Source: Octopus vulgaris (taxonomy: Eukaryota). Taken from it: DNA of 64,000 nt. The stretch is taken from the NCBI GenBank assembly GCA_951406725.2, contig OX597840.1:38192001-38256000 (forward strand). The letters are read 5' to 3'. Both the position numbers and the translations under genes were made by a program. The notes below the pieces were generated by a model. The model did no database searches. It was not told the DNA's origin and saw nothing but the letters and a program-made list of their open reading frames with translations. This document shows positions 1-12,384 of the stretch, one piece after another; positions within the stretch are counted from its first letter, which is position 1, and the number at the start of each line of letters is the position of its first letter.

Positions 1-57
<57 letters not shown>

Positions 58-468
58 CATATACACGCACACACATATGTAAATATATATTAATGCACAC
101 AAATAAGTGATCGTTTAAGACTATATTTATTTCCAAATTTGTGCGTGTATATATAACTATATGTGTATGTATATATATATGTGTGTGTGTATCTCTCTCG
201 ATATATGTATGTATATATGTATATATGTATAAATATACATATATATATATATATATATATGTTTGCATGTATATAGGTATAAGAATGTATACACATGTGT
301 GTATGTTTATAAGTATGTATATACCAATATAGATTTCTCTTCACCCATACAGACACACACACACAGGCACGCACACAAACCCACACACACGCCCAAATAT
401 ATCTGCACTCACGCACACACAATATATACAGTATATTGAATTCATTCGCGCTCTCTCACCTTGTCTCT

Positions 469-501
<33 letters not shown>

Positions 502-1200
502 TATGTACATATATAAACATACTTGTATTCTTATATACTAATACATATTGTGTGTCTTTATATACAGATACGTATGTGTGTAAATACGCATATATATGTA
601 TTTATATATGTATATTTATATACATATGTATGTATGTATATACATACATATATTTGTATACATACATATGTATGTATATTAATATATATATATATATATG
701 CATATATGAATGTATATGTATATATTCACGTATATAGGAATAGTAAACGTATGATTTAATAATGTATAGTGTGAGTTTCCGGTGTGAAACCGCCAACAGT
801 ACATACAACATTGACCGTTGTTTTTATACAGCAGCACAACGACGTAGATCTTATGTAGATTATGCATTTTATGTTAATGTGGATTTTATGCAAATGTGGA
901 TTTCATGTATATTCAAATTTTATGTAGATACGAATTATATTGAGGTGCGTATTTTCTGCATAACATATGTTCGTGTTTTGTATTTGTATATTTGTTTTTC
1001 TTAATAATGATCTGATCCTCTAACCAAAAGTGCTTCTCTGAAATTTGACCCCTAAATAGTGAAATATGAATAAATAGATACTTTTATCTAAATGCATATA
1101 TTAGTATACACACCTCGTTACGCTGACATATATTGAGAAGCAAAAACAATTATTAGCATCGGTTTAAATACGGTCGACGTGTGTATCTATAAAATGTAGA

Positions 1201-1286
1201 GCAGCCGAAGATTGCTCTACATTTTAAAAGTGATGTAATATTTGCATTGTTCAATTAAATGGAGTCGTATCAAACGATCGTACTGC
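1201..1286 (+). ncRNA. Degenerate hammerhead with long stem II (family X)
   Basis: GCAG|CCGAAGA|~60 nt|CAAA (G12C)-CGAUCG-UA|CUGC; 3' flank homologous to 17700-17820 and 37800-37925. Confidence 0.55.
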
Positions 1287-1465
1287 ATTACCTCTGGATA
1301 TCCTTGTTGCTTATTTTAATTGTAATCTCCCCATTTTGAATCATATGAATAATACCGTACTAAATTCTGGTGCCTTTAATTTAAGTACCATATTGAACTG
1401 AATCTATCTATCTATATATAATTTTTTTTTCTTCAGATTATTGTTTCCTTTGATTTTTCTCTAAC

Positions 1466-1521
<56 letters not shown>

Positions 1522-1939
1522 GTTCTCTCTCTCTCTTTCTCTCTCTCTCTGTCTCTCTCTCTCTCTCTCCATGTCTCACTGTCTATAACTCTCTTTCTAA
1601 TTCAAATCCATGAGGGTACGACCATGCTGATGCACACACGAATATTTAATTCGATGCTCTCTAAAAGTGGAAACACAAGATGAATTTATATTTGTGTAAA
1701 ATACATAATTCGTCATAGCTGTTGGCGCTGTTGAGTGAATGGTGGCTAAAAGTGACGGAGAACATAAGTCGCGATATTCAGCATCGAATTCCTGTGTTCA
1801 ATTCCGGACGATATTTAATTTCGTAATACTTGTGGGGCCGGTATCAGCAATTACCTTTAATCCTTCTAAAATCGATATATTTATGGTTTATGTTTGTATT
1901 TTTTAAATTATTAGACTGCGACCAGACTTAGGTAACGGT

Positions 1940-2134
1940 AGACTTCGGCCATGCTAGAGCACCGCCTTAAGTCGAGCATATCGCCTCCAGGATTTATTCT
2001 ATGTAAGGCTAGTACTTATTCTATTGGACTATTTTGCCGATCCGCTAAGTTACTGGGACGAAAATACACCAGCAACGAATGTCAAGCGACGTTGGGGAGA
2101 CAAATACAGGCACACAAAGATACACACGCCACGC

Positions 2135-2188
<54 letters not shown>

Positions 2189-2325
2189 GTATGTATATAT
2201 ATATGACGGTCTATTTTCATGTTTCCGTTTACCAAATCAACTCACAAGCCTTTTGTCGGCCCGACACTATAGTAGAAGATACGCAGTCGGACTGAACCCG
2301 GAACCATGTTGTTTGTAAGAAAGCT
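1940..2325 (-). mobile_element. SINE family B (internal TA/CA microsatellite)
   Basis: Homologous to 46200-46640. Confidence 0.8.
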
Positions 2326-3124
2326 ATGTATGTATATATATTTACTTGTATGGATGGATGTATAAATGTATTTGTAACAAGTTAATGTATTTGGTTAATG
2401 TAGTGTGTTTCTCCTTAAATATGTGTGCGTGTGTTTGTGTGTGCATGCGTCGAAGGGGGCGAATTAAACTACCTCGGCATCATAAATGGAAACATTTGTC
2501 AATTCCTTGAAATGCGTTAATTAATTTTGATCATAAGAGTAGTTATTAATATATTATAATTCAGGAAGTTATGATTTAGTTATTCTGTTCAGTTATTAAG
2601 CTTAATGAAAGAAATTTATTGATTAAAATTCACAGTATTTATATATATTGCATCAACTAAATTGGGAATACATACATCATACATAAGGCTTTACATTTCA
2701 ATTTCCTGCGAAAATGCCGCCAGTTCAATGTGTTCTATCCCGTTCTCAGCCGTTGTTCGCGAATTATATACCTTTTATCTTTTAACAGTTAGTTGTTTTT
2801 GTAATTAGACTGTGGCTATGCTGGGGCATCGTCTTCAAGAATGGAATAAATAGATCTCAGTGGAATAATTACCTATTTGTGTTTTGTTTTTATTTTACTG
2901 GTCCATATTCTTTATTATACTCTCGGCCCGTTTTGCAAAACTACCAACATACTTTGACGTAAACACACAGACAGTGCTTGTAAAGCGGTGGTGCAGGAGA
3001 CAAACACACGTTCAGACGCACACACACGTACTCACTCACACACACACACATAATTTACTTCATGTAGATATACTCCACAAAGACATAATACCCTAGTGCT
3101 TTTCGTGAGAAAGCATCGAATATA

Positions 3125-3320
3125 TATTTCTTTACTACCCACAAGGGGATAAACACAGAGGGGACAAACAAGGACAGACAAAGGGATTAAATCGGTTACA
3201 TCCAGTGCGTAACTGGTACTTAATTTATCGACTCCGAAAGGATGAAAGTCAAAGTGGACCTCGGCGGAATTCGAACTCGGAACGTAACGACAGACGAAAT
3301 ACGGATACGCATTTGCGGGC
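3125..3320 (-). mobile_element. SINE family A unit with 14-bp TSD
   Basis: aagcatcgaatata at 3111-3124 and 3321-3334; body gtcgacctcggcggaatttgaactc. Confidence 0.85.
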
Positions 3321-3849
3321 AAGCATCGAATATAGAAAGATGTATAGTGCTAAAAAACACATACGTGTAACTGCAGCAGAAACGGCGTCCAGTTATCATT
3401 TTACGCGTATAAAACCGAGTTTGAATAATAGCAACTCTATAAACGTTTTACAAATTCTGATCATGAGTGGTATTTTCAACTTATTACCAAACATCAACTT
3501 ATTTTCCACTAAATCATAAGACAAATTAAATTATTTAATTAAAACGATATTTATGTCATTGTCTCTCCACATTCCGTTTTCCTGTCAAAATTAATCTGAT
3601 TAACACTTATGCAAATTACTTGTTGATCTTCAATATAATTGCGTAACTTATTCAATGCGTATGGAAGCATTTATCCTCATCATACAACCACCCAATATAT
3701 ATATATATAGGCAGATAGATAGATAGATGGATAGAGCGAGAGAGATAGCTAAATTAGTTTTGTATAGAAAACACGGACTAGTGTTCACACGAATTTAAAA
3801 TAAAAATTTTAATTCTTCACACACGACTAGGTCCAAGCGGCAAGAGTGG

Positions 3850-4656
3850 GTATGAATTAAATATAAGCCCAGTTAGTATGGAAATAGTGCCAAAGATGAA
3901 TGGCAAAGTCGACCTCGGCGGAATATGAATTCAGAACGTAGCGGCAGACGAAATAATTATTTCTTTATGCTCACAAGGGGCTAAACACAGAGAGAACAAA
4001 CAAGGACAGACAAACGGATTGAGTCGATTATATCGACTCCAGTGCGTAACTGGTACTTATTTAATCGACCCCGAAAGAATGAAAGGCAAAGTCGACCTCG
4101 GCGGAATTTGAACTCTGAACGTAACGGCAGACGAAATAACACTAAGCCGAGGTCGACTTTGTCTTTCATCCTTTCGGGGTCGTTTAAATAAGTACCAGTT
4201 ACGCACTGGGGTCGATATATTCGACTTAATCCGTCTGTCTCTCCTTGTTTGTCCCTTCTGTGTTTAGCCCCTTGTGAGTAGAGAAGAAATAGGTATTTCG
4301 GCTGTCTTTTTATTTCTGAGGTCAAATTTCGCCTAGGTCGACCTTGCCTTTCATCATTTCGGGGTCGATAAATTAAGTACCAGTTGTGCACTGGGGTCGA
4401 TGTAATCGACTTAATCAGTTTGTCTGTCCTTGTTTGTCCTCTCTGTGTTTAGCCCCTTGTGGGTAGTAAAGAAATAGGTATTTCGTCTGCCTGTTCTGAG
4501 TTGAAATTCCGCCGAGGTCGACTTTGCCTTTCATCCTTTCGGGGTCGATTAAATAAGTACCAGTTACGCACTGGGGTCGATATAATCTACTTAATCCGTT
4601 TGTCTGTCCTTGTTTGTCCCTTCTGTGTTTAGCCCTTTTTTGGTAGTAAAGAAATA
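3850..4656. mobile_element. SINE family A arrays in opposite orientation (minus 3850-4140, plus 4146-4656)
   Basis: Repeated ~185-bp units ..ctttcatcctttcggggtcgat..ccagttacgcactgg..agccccttgtgggtagtaaagaaata. Confidence 0.85.
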
Positions 4657-5320
4657 GATATAATACATAAATAAATACATACATACGTGCATACATACAT
4701 ATATGCATACATGCATGGATACATTCAAACATACATGCTTACATATGTATACACAGAAAAACACATACACATAGACACACACAAACTGTAGACATACACA
4801 ATACAGATGTAATGATAGATATAAAATTCTAAAAGGCTGTGTCCTGTCGCTCATGACAGTCCTTCAAATAACGAGCGTGTTTGTGCTACCGTTCTCCAAT
4901 CATATTCCTTGTTATGTTATGAATACTGCATAAGCCTTCTTTACTTTTGCACCGGTGATCATTGATCATTCATGAAATCCGAGTGTGGTCTCATAGCCTC
5001 GGTGATACATTCATTAACATATATTCTTGAAGCAGAGTATGGATCCTTATATCTATTAGCTATTGGAAACGAGCAAAGCAAGGTTCGTTATGTTGCTTAG
5101 AAGTTGGTAAATAAAAAATAAAATGTTAGATGCGAGCCGATTATCTCCCGTTAACGACTGCATTCTTCGCCTTCTGAGAGCTCCGAGCAGATTTTATATG
5201 TTTTTAAGGAAAACTTTGTTCATTTGTATATGTATGATTGCGTGCGTGAGTGGGGGTATATATGTAAATATATATGTGTATGTGTGCGTGTATCTTTGTG
5301 TGTGTATGTATGTGTATGCG

Positions 5321-5352
<32 letters not shown>

Positions 5353-5463
5353 TATTTATATACACACACTTATTATAGTTCTATGTTTAAGAGATGAGGA
5401 ATAATGAACATTCTTTACGTTATTTATATTCAACAGATATTTGTCTTCATCTTGTTTGTTATT

Positions 5464-5509
5464 AACACAACGTTTCCACTGATATACCATCCAGCCTTCA
5501 TCAGGTGTC
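5464..5509 (-). ncRNA. Minimal hammerhead in PLE-derived short element (5375-5540)
   Basis: Minus strand: GACAC|CUGAUGA|aggcug..cagug|GAAACGUU|GUGUU. Confidence 0.75.
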
Positions 5510-5573
5510 TTGGGAAAAATTGGAACCTGCGTTCTCATTCATGTTGTTGTTGTTATTATTATCATTATGATTA

Positions 5574-5621
<48 letters not shown>

Positions 5622-5849
5622 TTATTATTCAGGTCACTTCCTGGAATTGAACTGGAAACTTGGAGTTAGTAGCCCGAGTTCTTAACGACGACTGGCTCAG
5701 TGACACCCAGCATGGTTTCGACCAGCTTTTACAGCTGTATGACTGGGTGTTGAGGCAGTTACTCAACAATTCAAAAGTTGACATTATATAACTGCACAGG
5801 GCCAAAGATCCCAGCAATGCCATCACACTTCAGGAAAAGTTACTGCACA

Positions 5850-6125
5850 ACCTGTGTTTCTGGGGCCCATTGTTCTTTTTTTTTATTATTATTCAACCAA
5901 AGAGCCTGAAGGAAGTACATAAAGGGGATGTAGGTGTTTGGACTCCAAAATTAGATCTCTTCCTGTCGAGGGTCCCAGATGAACCTACCTCGCGACAGGT
6001 AGTCCAAATGAGGGTAGCGATATCAAATCACTTATTCACCATATGCTACATATCAGAAACGACCCTCAATAATAACAGTGTAGTAAAACGGTGGCGTCCC
6101 ACCAAGGTCAGAGCTTTCATGTGAA
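5850..6125 (+). mobile_element. CR1-group LINE 3' end fragment
   Basis: KLDLFLSRVPDEP..RVAISNHL C-terminal motif. Confidence 0.6.
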
Positions 6126-6147
6126 ACTGTTTTACAAAATGTATATA

Positions 6148-6190
<43 letters not shown>

Positions 6191-6231
6191 CTATATATAC
6201 ATTTTGTAAAACAGTAAAATATATATTTTGT

Positions 6232-6285
<54 letters not shown>

Positions 6286-7047
6286 TATATATTTATATTA
6301 ATCTAACGCTTCCAAGACAGAGCCCTGTGGAACACCACTCAATGGTATATATATATATACAGACACACACAGACACGCATACAGACATAGATATATATAA
6401 CTATATATATGCGTGCATATGTCCGTGTGTGTATCCTACGTATATATATATACATCTCCATTCCCATGTATTTTCGCTTTTATCGTAGAAGTTTCGTTTG
6501 TGTATTTAAAAAGACACAAACTATACAACTATTCACCATGTTAAAATTAAAATGTCACCTTATCCCTGCTTTGTTTGACCCTCATTATTTATTTCAGCAA
6601 ACCCTAAAATCCATCACCTAACGAACTAACGATCTATGGAATCCACCTTGAATATACCCTGATTTAAATAACCATTTTGATGTAAAATTATACAGTATGT
6701 TCTGTCTTGGCTATCGTTTTTGTATTGTTTTGGCGTTTTTTTTTCAGGCAGATAAAACGATTAGGAATGTCTTTACTCTGTGATATATTCCGGCGTTTGA
6801 TAATTTCGGATTTTATCGTCATGCAATAACCATTAATTGGCGTAGCATCTCGTGATCTTCAACACTGTGTCTCTGTATGCATGTGCATGTTTGTGCGTGT
6901 GTGTATGTGTGTGTGTGCACGTGCATGTGGTGTATATCTATATTTCTGTAAATGCCTGTTATAGAACTTGTTTTTACGTGCGTAAGTTTATATCTTTCTG
7001 TTAATATATATGTATGTATATATATATATATTATATTAAATTATCTA

Positions 7048-7111
<64 letters not shown>

Positions 7112-7259
7112 GATAGATAGATATATATATATATATATACATATATCTATACACGTGTGTGTGTGTGAGAGTGTGTATGTTTGTGTGTTTGTGTGTGTGT
7201 TGGTTTGTACACTCCTTTATTTTTTGCAAGCCCTAAAGAAAAATTTGAAAAGCTTGAAA

Positions 7260-7296
7260 ATTATTATTATTATTATTATTATTATTAATATTATTA

Positions 7297-7340
<44 letters not shown>

Positions 7341-7470
7341 AGTATTATTATTATTATTATTATTATTAATATTATTATTATCATTATTATTATTATTATT
7401 ATTAATATTATTATTATTATTATTATTATTATCATTATTATTATTATTATTATTATCCTTAATATTAATA
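7260..7470. repeat. (ATT)n microsatellite
   Basis: Direct reading. Confidence 0.9.
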
Positions 7471-7959
7471 TTAGACCTATCCACATCATCTGATTTACTC
7501 GAATATTCTAGAATTCGTGTAGTAGATCACATGTATATGTATAGAGAGATATACACAGACACACACACACACGCACACGCGGGCAGAAGTACTTGTTTAT
7601 CTTTAAATACATACATCCACGCATACATTCAAACATACTTATATACAGAGAGAGAGAGAGAGAGAGAGAGAAACAGAGAGGGAGAGAGCGCGTAATGGTA
7701 CTGAACTCTCAGCCGGAGTTTGAGAAGTACAGAGTTCGTTTCCCTATGAAGGCTTGCTGGACCCTGCTAATGGGTATTTCCCTTACTTTCTAAGCTGTCT
7801 TTGCAGTGTGCACACACATGCATTCACGCACTCACAGACACACATTACGTACGTTCATATGTGTTTTAGTACCCGTTCACACAGAGATACACACACCTAC
7901 CACATAAGGGAAGAAACTCCTATTAAAACAGCACGCCTTCCCTCGAAGTGCAACGTATC

Positions 7960-8255
7960 TGCGAGTGCAGTGCTAAGCATAGGTCCGGGCAAGATTGTTT
8001 ATGGAAGACCAGCAATCGCCCATACATACCAGCCACCCCTCTCCCTGCCACTGATGTTATCCAAGGAAAAGGCAAAGGACGATACAGCTCGGCACCAGTG
8101 ATGTCGCAACTCATTTCTACAGTTGCCTGAACTGGAGCAACGTGAAATATAGTGTATTTGCTTAAGAACACAACACGCAGCCAGGTCCGCGATTCGAGCT
8201 CACAATCTCGCGATCGGAAGCTCAATGTTCTAACCACTGATCCATGCGCCTTCAC
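7960..8255 (-). mobile_element. tRNA-derived SINE family C
   Basis: Minus strand ggcgcatggatcagtggttag (A box), gagctcgaatcg (B box), gtgttcttaagcaaatacact core. Confidence 0.7.
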
Positions 8256-8295
8256 TATTATTATTATAATAATTATTATTATTATTATTATTATT

Positions 8296-8607
8296 GAGTG
8301 TGAGAGCAGTGCCATGCCATCAAAGTGACACTGGGGTAAAAATATACGAAGCCCAGTATACCCATCATGACTACCCGTCTGATAAGGGTACACCAGACAC
8401 ATGCATCACAACCATATGTGCGCGACATGGTGATCTCATATCTAGATGAACAGCATATGATATTGCAGGTGGGGCCCAGTTAGAATTTTCTTCAGGTCGA
8501 GTAACCCATCCCGCTCAAAAGATCCCTGAATAAGGGTTGTTTAAGGATATTGAGCAAAACACCCATGTTTCCAGAGGTGAATTATTCAAACCCCCAAAAC
8601 ACATGGC

Positions 8608-8610
<3 letters not shown>
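8296..8610. repeat. Unclassified interspersed repeat; inverted copy at ~26800-27155
   Basis: catgcatcacaaccatatgtgc..gcaggtggggcccag..ctgaataagggttgtt..cccatgtttccagagg matches 26900-27150 in reverse. Confidence 0.75.
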
Positions 8611-8636
<26 letters not shown>

Positions 8637-8642
<6 letters not shown>

Positions 8643-8708
8643 TCTATTGAATCGAACTCGGAATCTTAGGGTTAGTAGCCCGCGCTCTTAACCACTACGC
8701 CATATGCT
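8637..8708 (-). mobile_element. Very short tRNA-derived retro-copy with (TAA)n tail (second copy ~5628-5690)
   Basis: Minus strand tggcgtagtggttaagagcgcgggctactaaccc..gagttcgattc followed by (AAT)n. Confidence 0.65.
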
Positions 8709-8711
8709 CGT

Positions 8712-8960
8712 GGCATATTCTGTTTCTATTCCAGTTCTAAGCGCCTCTTCTAATTTCTTAACTAGGTCATCCTCTATTCTATTTCGGTCTAATGCTAGGG
8801 CCTTACTTTACCTGACCGATTCTGCTTTAATTGCTTTTTTTAAGGCATACCACCATCTGTTGTTGATGATGGCACCCGCCAGTGCTCTCTTAATCCGGTT
8901 CCTGTAAGCCTGGCGTGCCGTGAACTACGCATTCAGCTTCCAGTAACCGGGACCCTGCCT
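8712..8960 (-). mobile_element. L1/Tx1-clade LINE ORF2 fragment
   Basis: Minus strand GPGYWKLNA*..WWYALKKAIK..LEE, the post-endonuclease linker motif. Confidence 0.7.
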
Positions 8961-9034
8961 ATGTCTTATGTAGATAGATAGATAAACAGACAGATAGACT
9001 GACTAACAGAGAGACAGATAGCTAGCTAGTTAGC

Positions 9035-9096
<62 letters not shown>

Positions 9097-9622
9097 CAGG
9101 TAGAAGGATCAGAACCAGAAAGATGGTAAGAAGTCCATGACGTACTCCTATCGCAACGGAAAAGAGTCCGATAAAATAAGTACTAAACTAAAAAAAAACA
9201 AAAAACAAAACAAAACAAAACCATTCAAGGGTCGATTACTTCGTCTAAATATCACCAATGCTACCACACAGTATGGCCGCAATTCAATGATTGAAGCAAG
9301 TAAGAGATAAAAGAAGAGATCTTTTGAACATTTATTTGTATCCGGAATAATGCCAAAGTATTACATTACAGCTTTGCTTATTTCTTCTATTTTTTCTTTT
9401 TCTTTTTTACCTTCTTCTCTCTTATATTAACAAGGAAATGCAGATTCTGAATTCTTTTACTGAATATACATTTTAATAAGTTGCTTATCGTCTATGTTTT
9501 TCCTATGAAGATGTCCTTCTGGGAGTGTCTACATCAATTACTATGTTATAGCAAATCAGACTTTTTGTGTAGAGTCTATTCCATCTTCGCTCTGCTTGTA
9601 AATAAAGAAATAAACATGAATG

Positions 9623-9701
<79 letters not shown>

Positions 9702-9735
9702 GTGTGTGTCTATATATATACATACACACACAGAC

Positions 9736-9770
<35 letters not shown>

Positions 9771-10564
9771 TATATACACACCAACTCACCAGTATGTATA
9801 TATATGTATGTGTATATATTATGTATGAATGTATGTTTGGTTAAGAATTTCCAAACTCTGTATTGCGTTAAAAAAAACCCATAACTATGAAATAAAGACA
9901 GTTGTTGTTGTTGTTGTTTTTTTCTTCCATTTTTGCATTCATTTTCCTGCTTCAACAAAGTTGAATGTTTTGACTCTGATCAAGTTACATTTCGACTTTC
10001 TTTTTTTCTTGCTTGTTTCATTTCTTTTTATTCTTACGTATTTACATCATTTTTGAATTGTGATGACAGATAAGATACCTCCTGACCTTTCTTTATGTTT
10101 TTCTCGTTGTTGTTGTTACTCAAATACAAAAGATATGTCAATTTGCGAATGATTCCCAATATTTCTCCAAAGAAATTTCCTACCATAACGCAAAATATAT
10201 ATCACCTATGGCGAAATCACTTTCTTTTCTTATTCGTTTTCTTTTTTTAAATAACGAACAGAAGAATTTTGATATAAATATTTCTTGCTATTTCAATGCT
10301 TTAATAGAAAAACAGTATGGAATGTATGTGCATATATTTTAGAGAATATACAGTTTTCGGGAAAAAATTCTTTAGTATACTTAGAAATTCATAACAGAAG
10401 TCCAGGTCCATTTCACTTGGAATATTGCGGCACTGTCTTAGTACATTTACAATGTCTACTCTCGGATTGATTTGCTCTTTGAAAAGCTGGAAGTCAAATC
10501 TAAGATTCTCCTATGTGGACACTGGGTACACACATACATACCCCCACATATATATGTATATATA

Positions 10565-11720
10565 TGATAGAAATATATTACAAAAAGAAAATAGAAACTA
10601 CACGTGGAAATGTAAGGGGAAAGTAAGAAGAAAAAATAAGGCGAAAATTCACATTGGAAATCAAAAACAATGTAAAGGCATTTATTGACAAGTAACGATA
10701 CATATATACAATTAGATGAAATGAGATAGGAATAAAAGTAATGTCATTATTGTGAATTGCTAGAGAGATTTAAAAGCATACCGGTTTCGTCAAATTATTG
10801 ATCACTGCTTTGACTGCTCACCGATAACCGAACGGTGTCGGGTCTGCTAGACCATGAGTGAAATGATTATGTGTAAGGGAGACATGTAGTTCTGGATCTG
10901 GTGCAATTATGGTAGATATAATATTGTAATGTGAATGGTGTATGAGATGTATGGATGGTATTAATTGAAAGGTTAGTGGTGTTATGTATTAAGTTATGGG
11001 TTGATATTGAGTTGTGGTAGTTATTTATTGATGAAAGTTGCTTCTTTATTCATTCTTTGCTGTACTGAGGTATTCTGTGAACATTGATAGAATGGAAAAA
11101 TTAGGAACTTGGGATTAAGGTTCCTAGCACACCTTTCTATGTGTCCACTGACCTGTAACTGTCCCTATTGTGAGTGGCGGATTTGTCCTTTGTGAAGATC
11201 GCGGAGTGATATTCCTCTTTGGGCCATATAATAATTACAACACCCTAAGCATGTAATGGCATGGATTAGATTTTCCGAGGCACAGGTGAAAGATACTGGA
11301 AATAATTGTGCCAAATTATTTTATCCCGTGTTCTTATTCAGCAAATACGGTTCACATTTGAGCGGTGGGCATATTTCGCTCTACATCCAACTGCTTCGAC
11401 GTCTTCCTAATGACATGAATCAGATATCGCCATGAGGAGTTCAACTTCCAACAGTCAATAATTTCTACTTCACACCTCTTCTTTAGAGATACGACCCTGG
11501 GGTTGATTTCATTTATGATAACCTTAGATTTAGTTCGGATTTTAGAACCTTAATTCCATGAAAATCCTCTTTAGTGAGATTCTGGGTTTTTTTAAAATCC
11601 TTTTTAATTTCGTCAAGTTTCAGTATTCAAAGATACAAATATATGCTACTTCGACATTTCAGGATTTTTATATTCTCGCCATCAGATTGATCTATTGCAT
11701 CACTTTTTATGAGTTTTCTC
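10565..11720 (-). mobile_element. Decayed PLE 3' part (GIY-YIG remnant plus pLTR with hammerhead)
   Basis: Minus strand ~11292-11220 reads FTCASENLIHAITCLGCCNYYI, matching MNCKSRNLIYCIKCPNCEEIYVG of the intact PLE; ends at a TA repeat; 5' boundary uncertain. Confidence 0.7.
10775..10825 (-). ncRNA. Hammerhead with G3-C8 swapped core
   Basis: Minus strand: aucg|GUGAGCA|GUCAAA..UUUGAC|GAA-ACCGGU-A|ugcu; lies downstream of a decayed GIY-YIG. Confidence 0.65.
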
Positions 11721-11861
11721 GCTTCAACCCTAGCAACGCATATTTCCCGACTGGCAATGTCATTCCAATGTCACTATTAAATATTCATACACTTTACACC
11801 CAAGAATCGAGTTTGATTCTTGCCATTGCCATAAGCCTTTAAAATGCCCGTGAAAATAGGC

Positions 11862-11999
11862 TTATTATTATTATTATTATCATCATCCTCATCATCATCA
11901 TCATCATCATTATTATTGTTATCATTCTTCTTCTTCTTATTATTATTATTATTATTTTTGTTATTGTTATTATTATTACTATTATTATTATTGTTATTA

Positions 12000-12030
<31 letters not shown>

Positions 12031-12180
12031 TATTGTTATCATTATTGTTATCATTCTTCTTCTTCTTCTTATTATTATTATTATTATTGTTATTGTTATT
12101 ATTATTATCATTATTATTATTATTGTTATTGTTATTATTATTATTATTTTTATTATTATTATTATTATTATCATTATTAC
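11862..12180. repeat. (ATT)n/(ATC)n/(CTT)n compound microsatellite
   Basis: Direct reading. Confidence 0.9.
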
Positions 12181-12311
12181 AGTGTACATTTAAGCACATA
12201 AGAGAGGCCCATAACAGGACATCTGACGCGCTAGAAGGAGTAGTTAAACTCCAAACGACTATTAGGGGTAATTTCGAAAGGGAATGAAAAATAAAAACAT
12301 TTACCCTCGGT

Positions 12312-12384
12312 TTCCTGTACCATGGTTTCAAGCTATCTTTAGCAAATAAAATAATTTACTTGGCGAAGCTATCGTCAGTAGGAA
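12312..12384 (-). ncRNA. Hammerhead in element (~12183-12640) adjoining an (AAT)n tract
   Basis: Minus strand: UUCCUa|CUGACGA|uAGCU..AGCUu|GAA-ACCAUGGU-A|cAGGAA. Confidence 0.75.

Noticed and set aside
8637-8708. Functional tRNA gene
   Set aside because: Acceptor stem not formed; fused to an (AAT)n tail like a retro-copy
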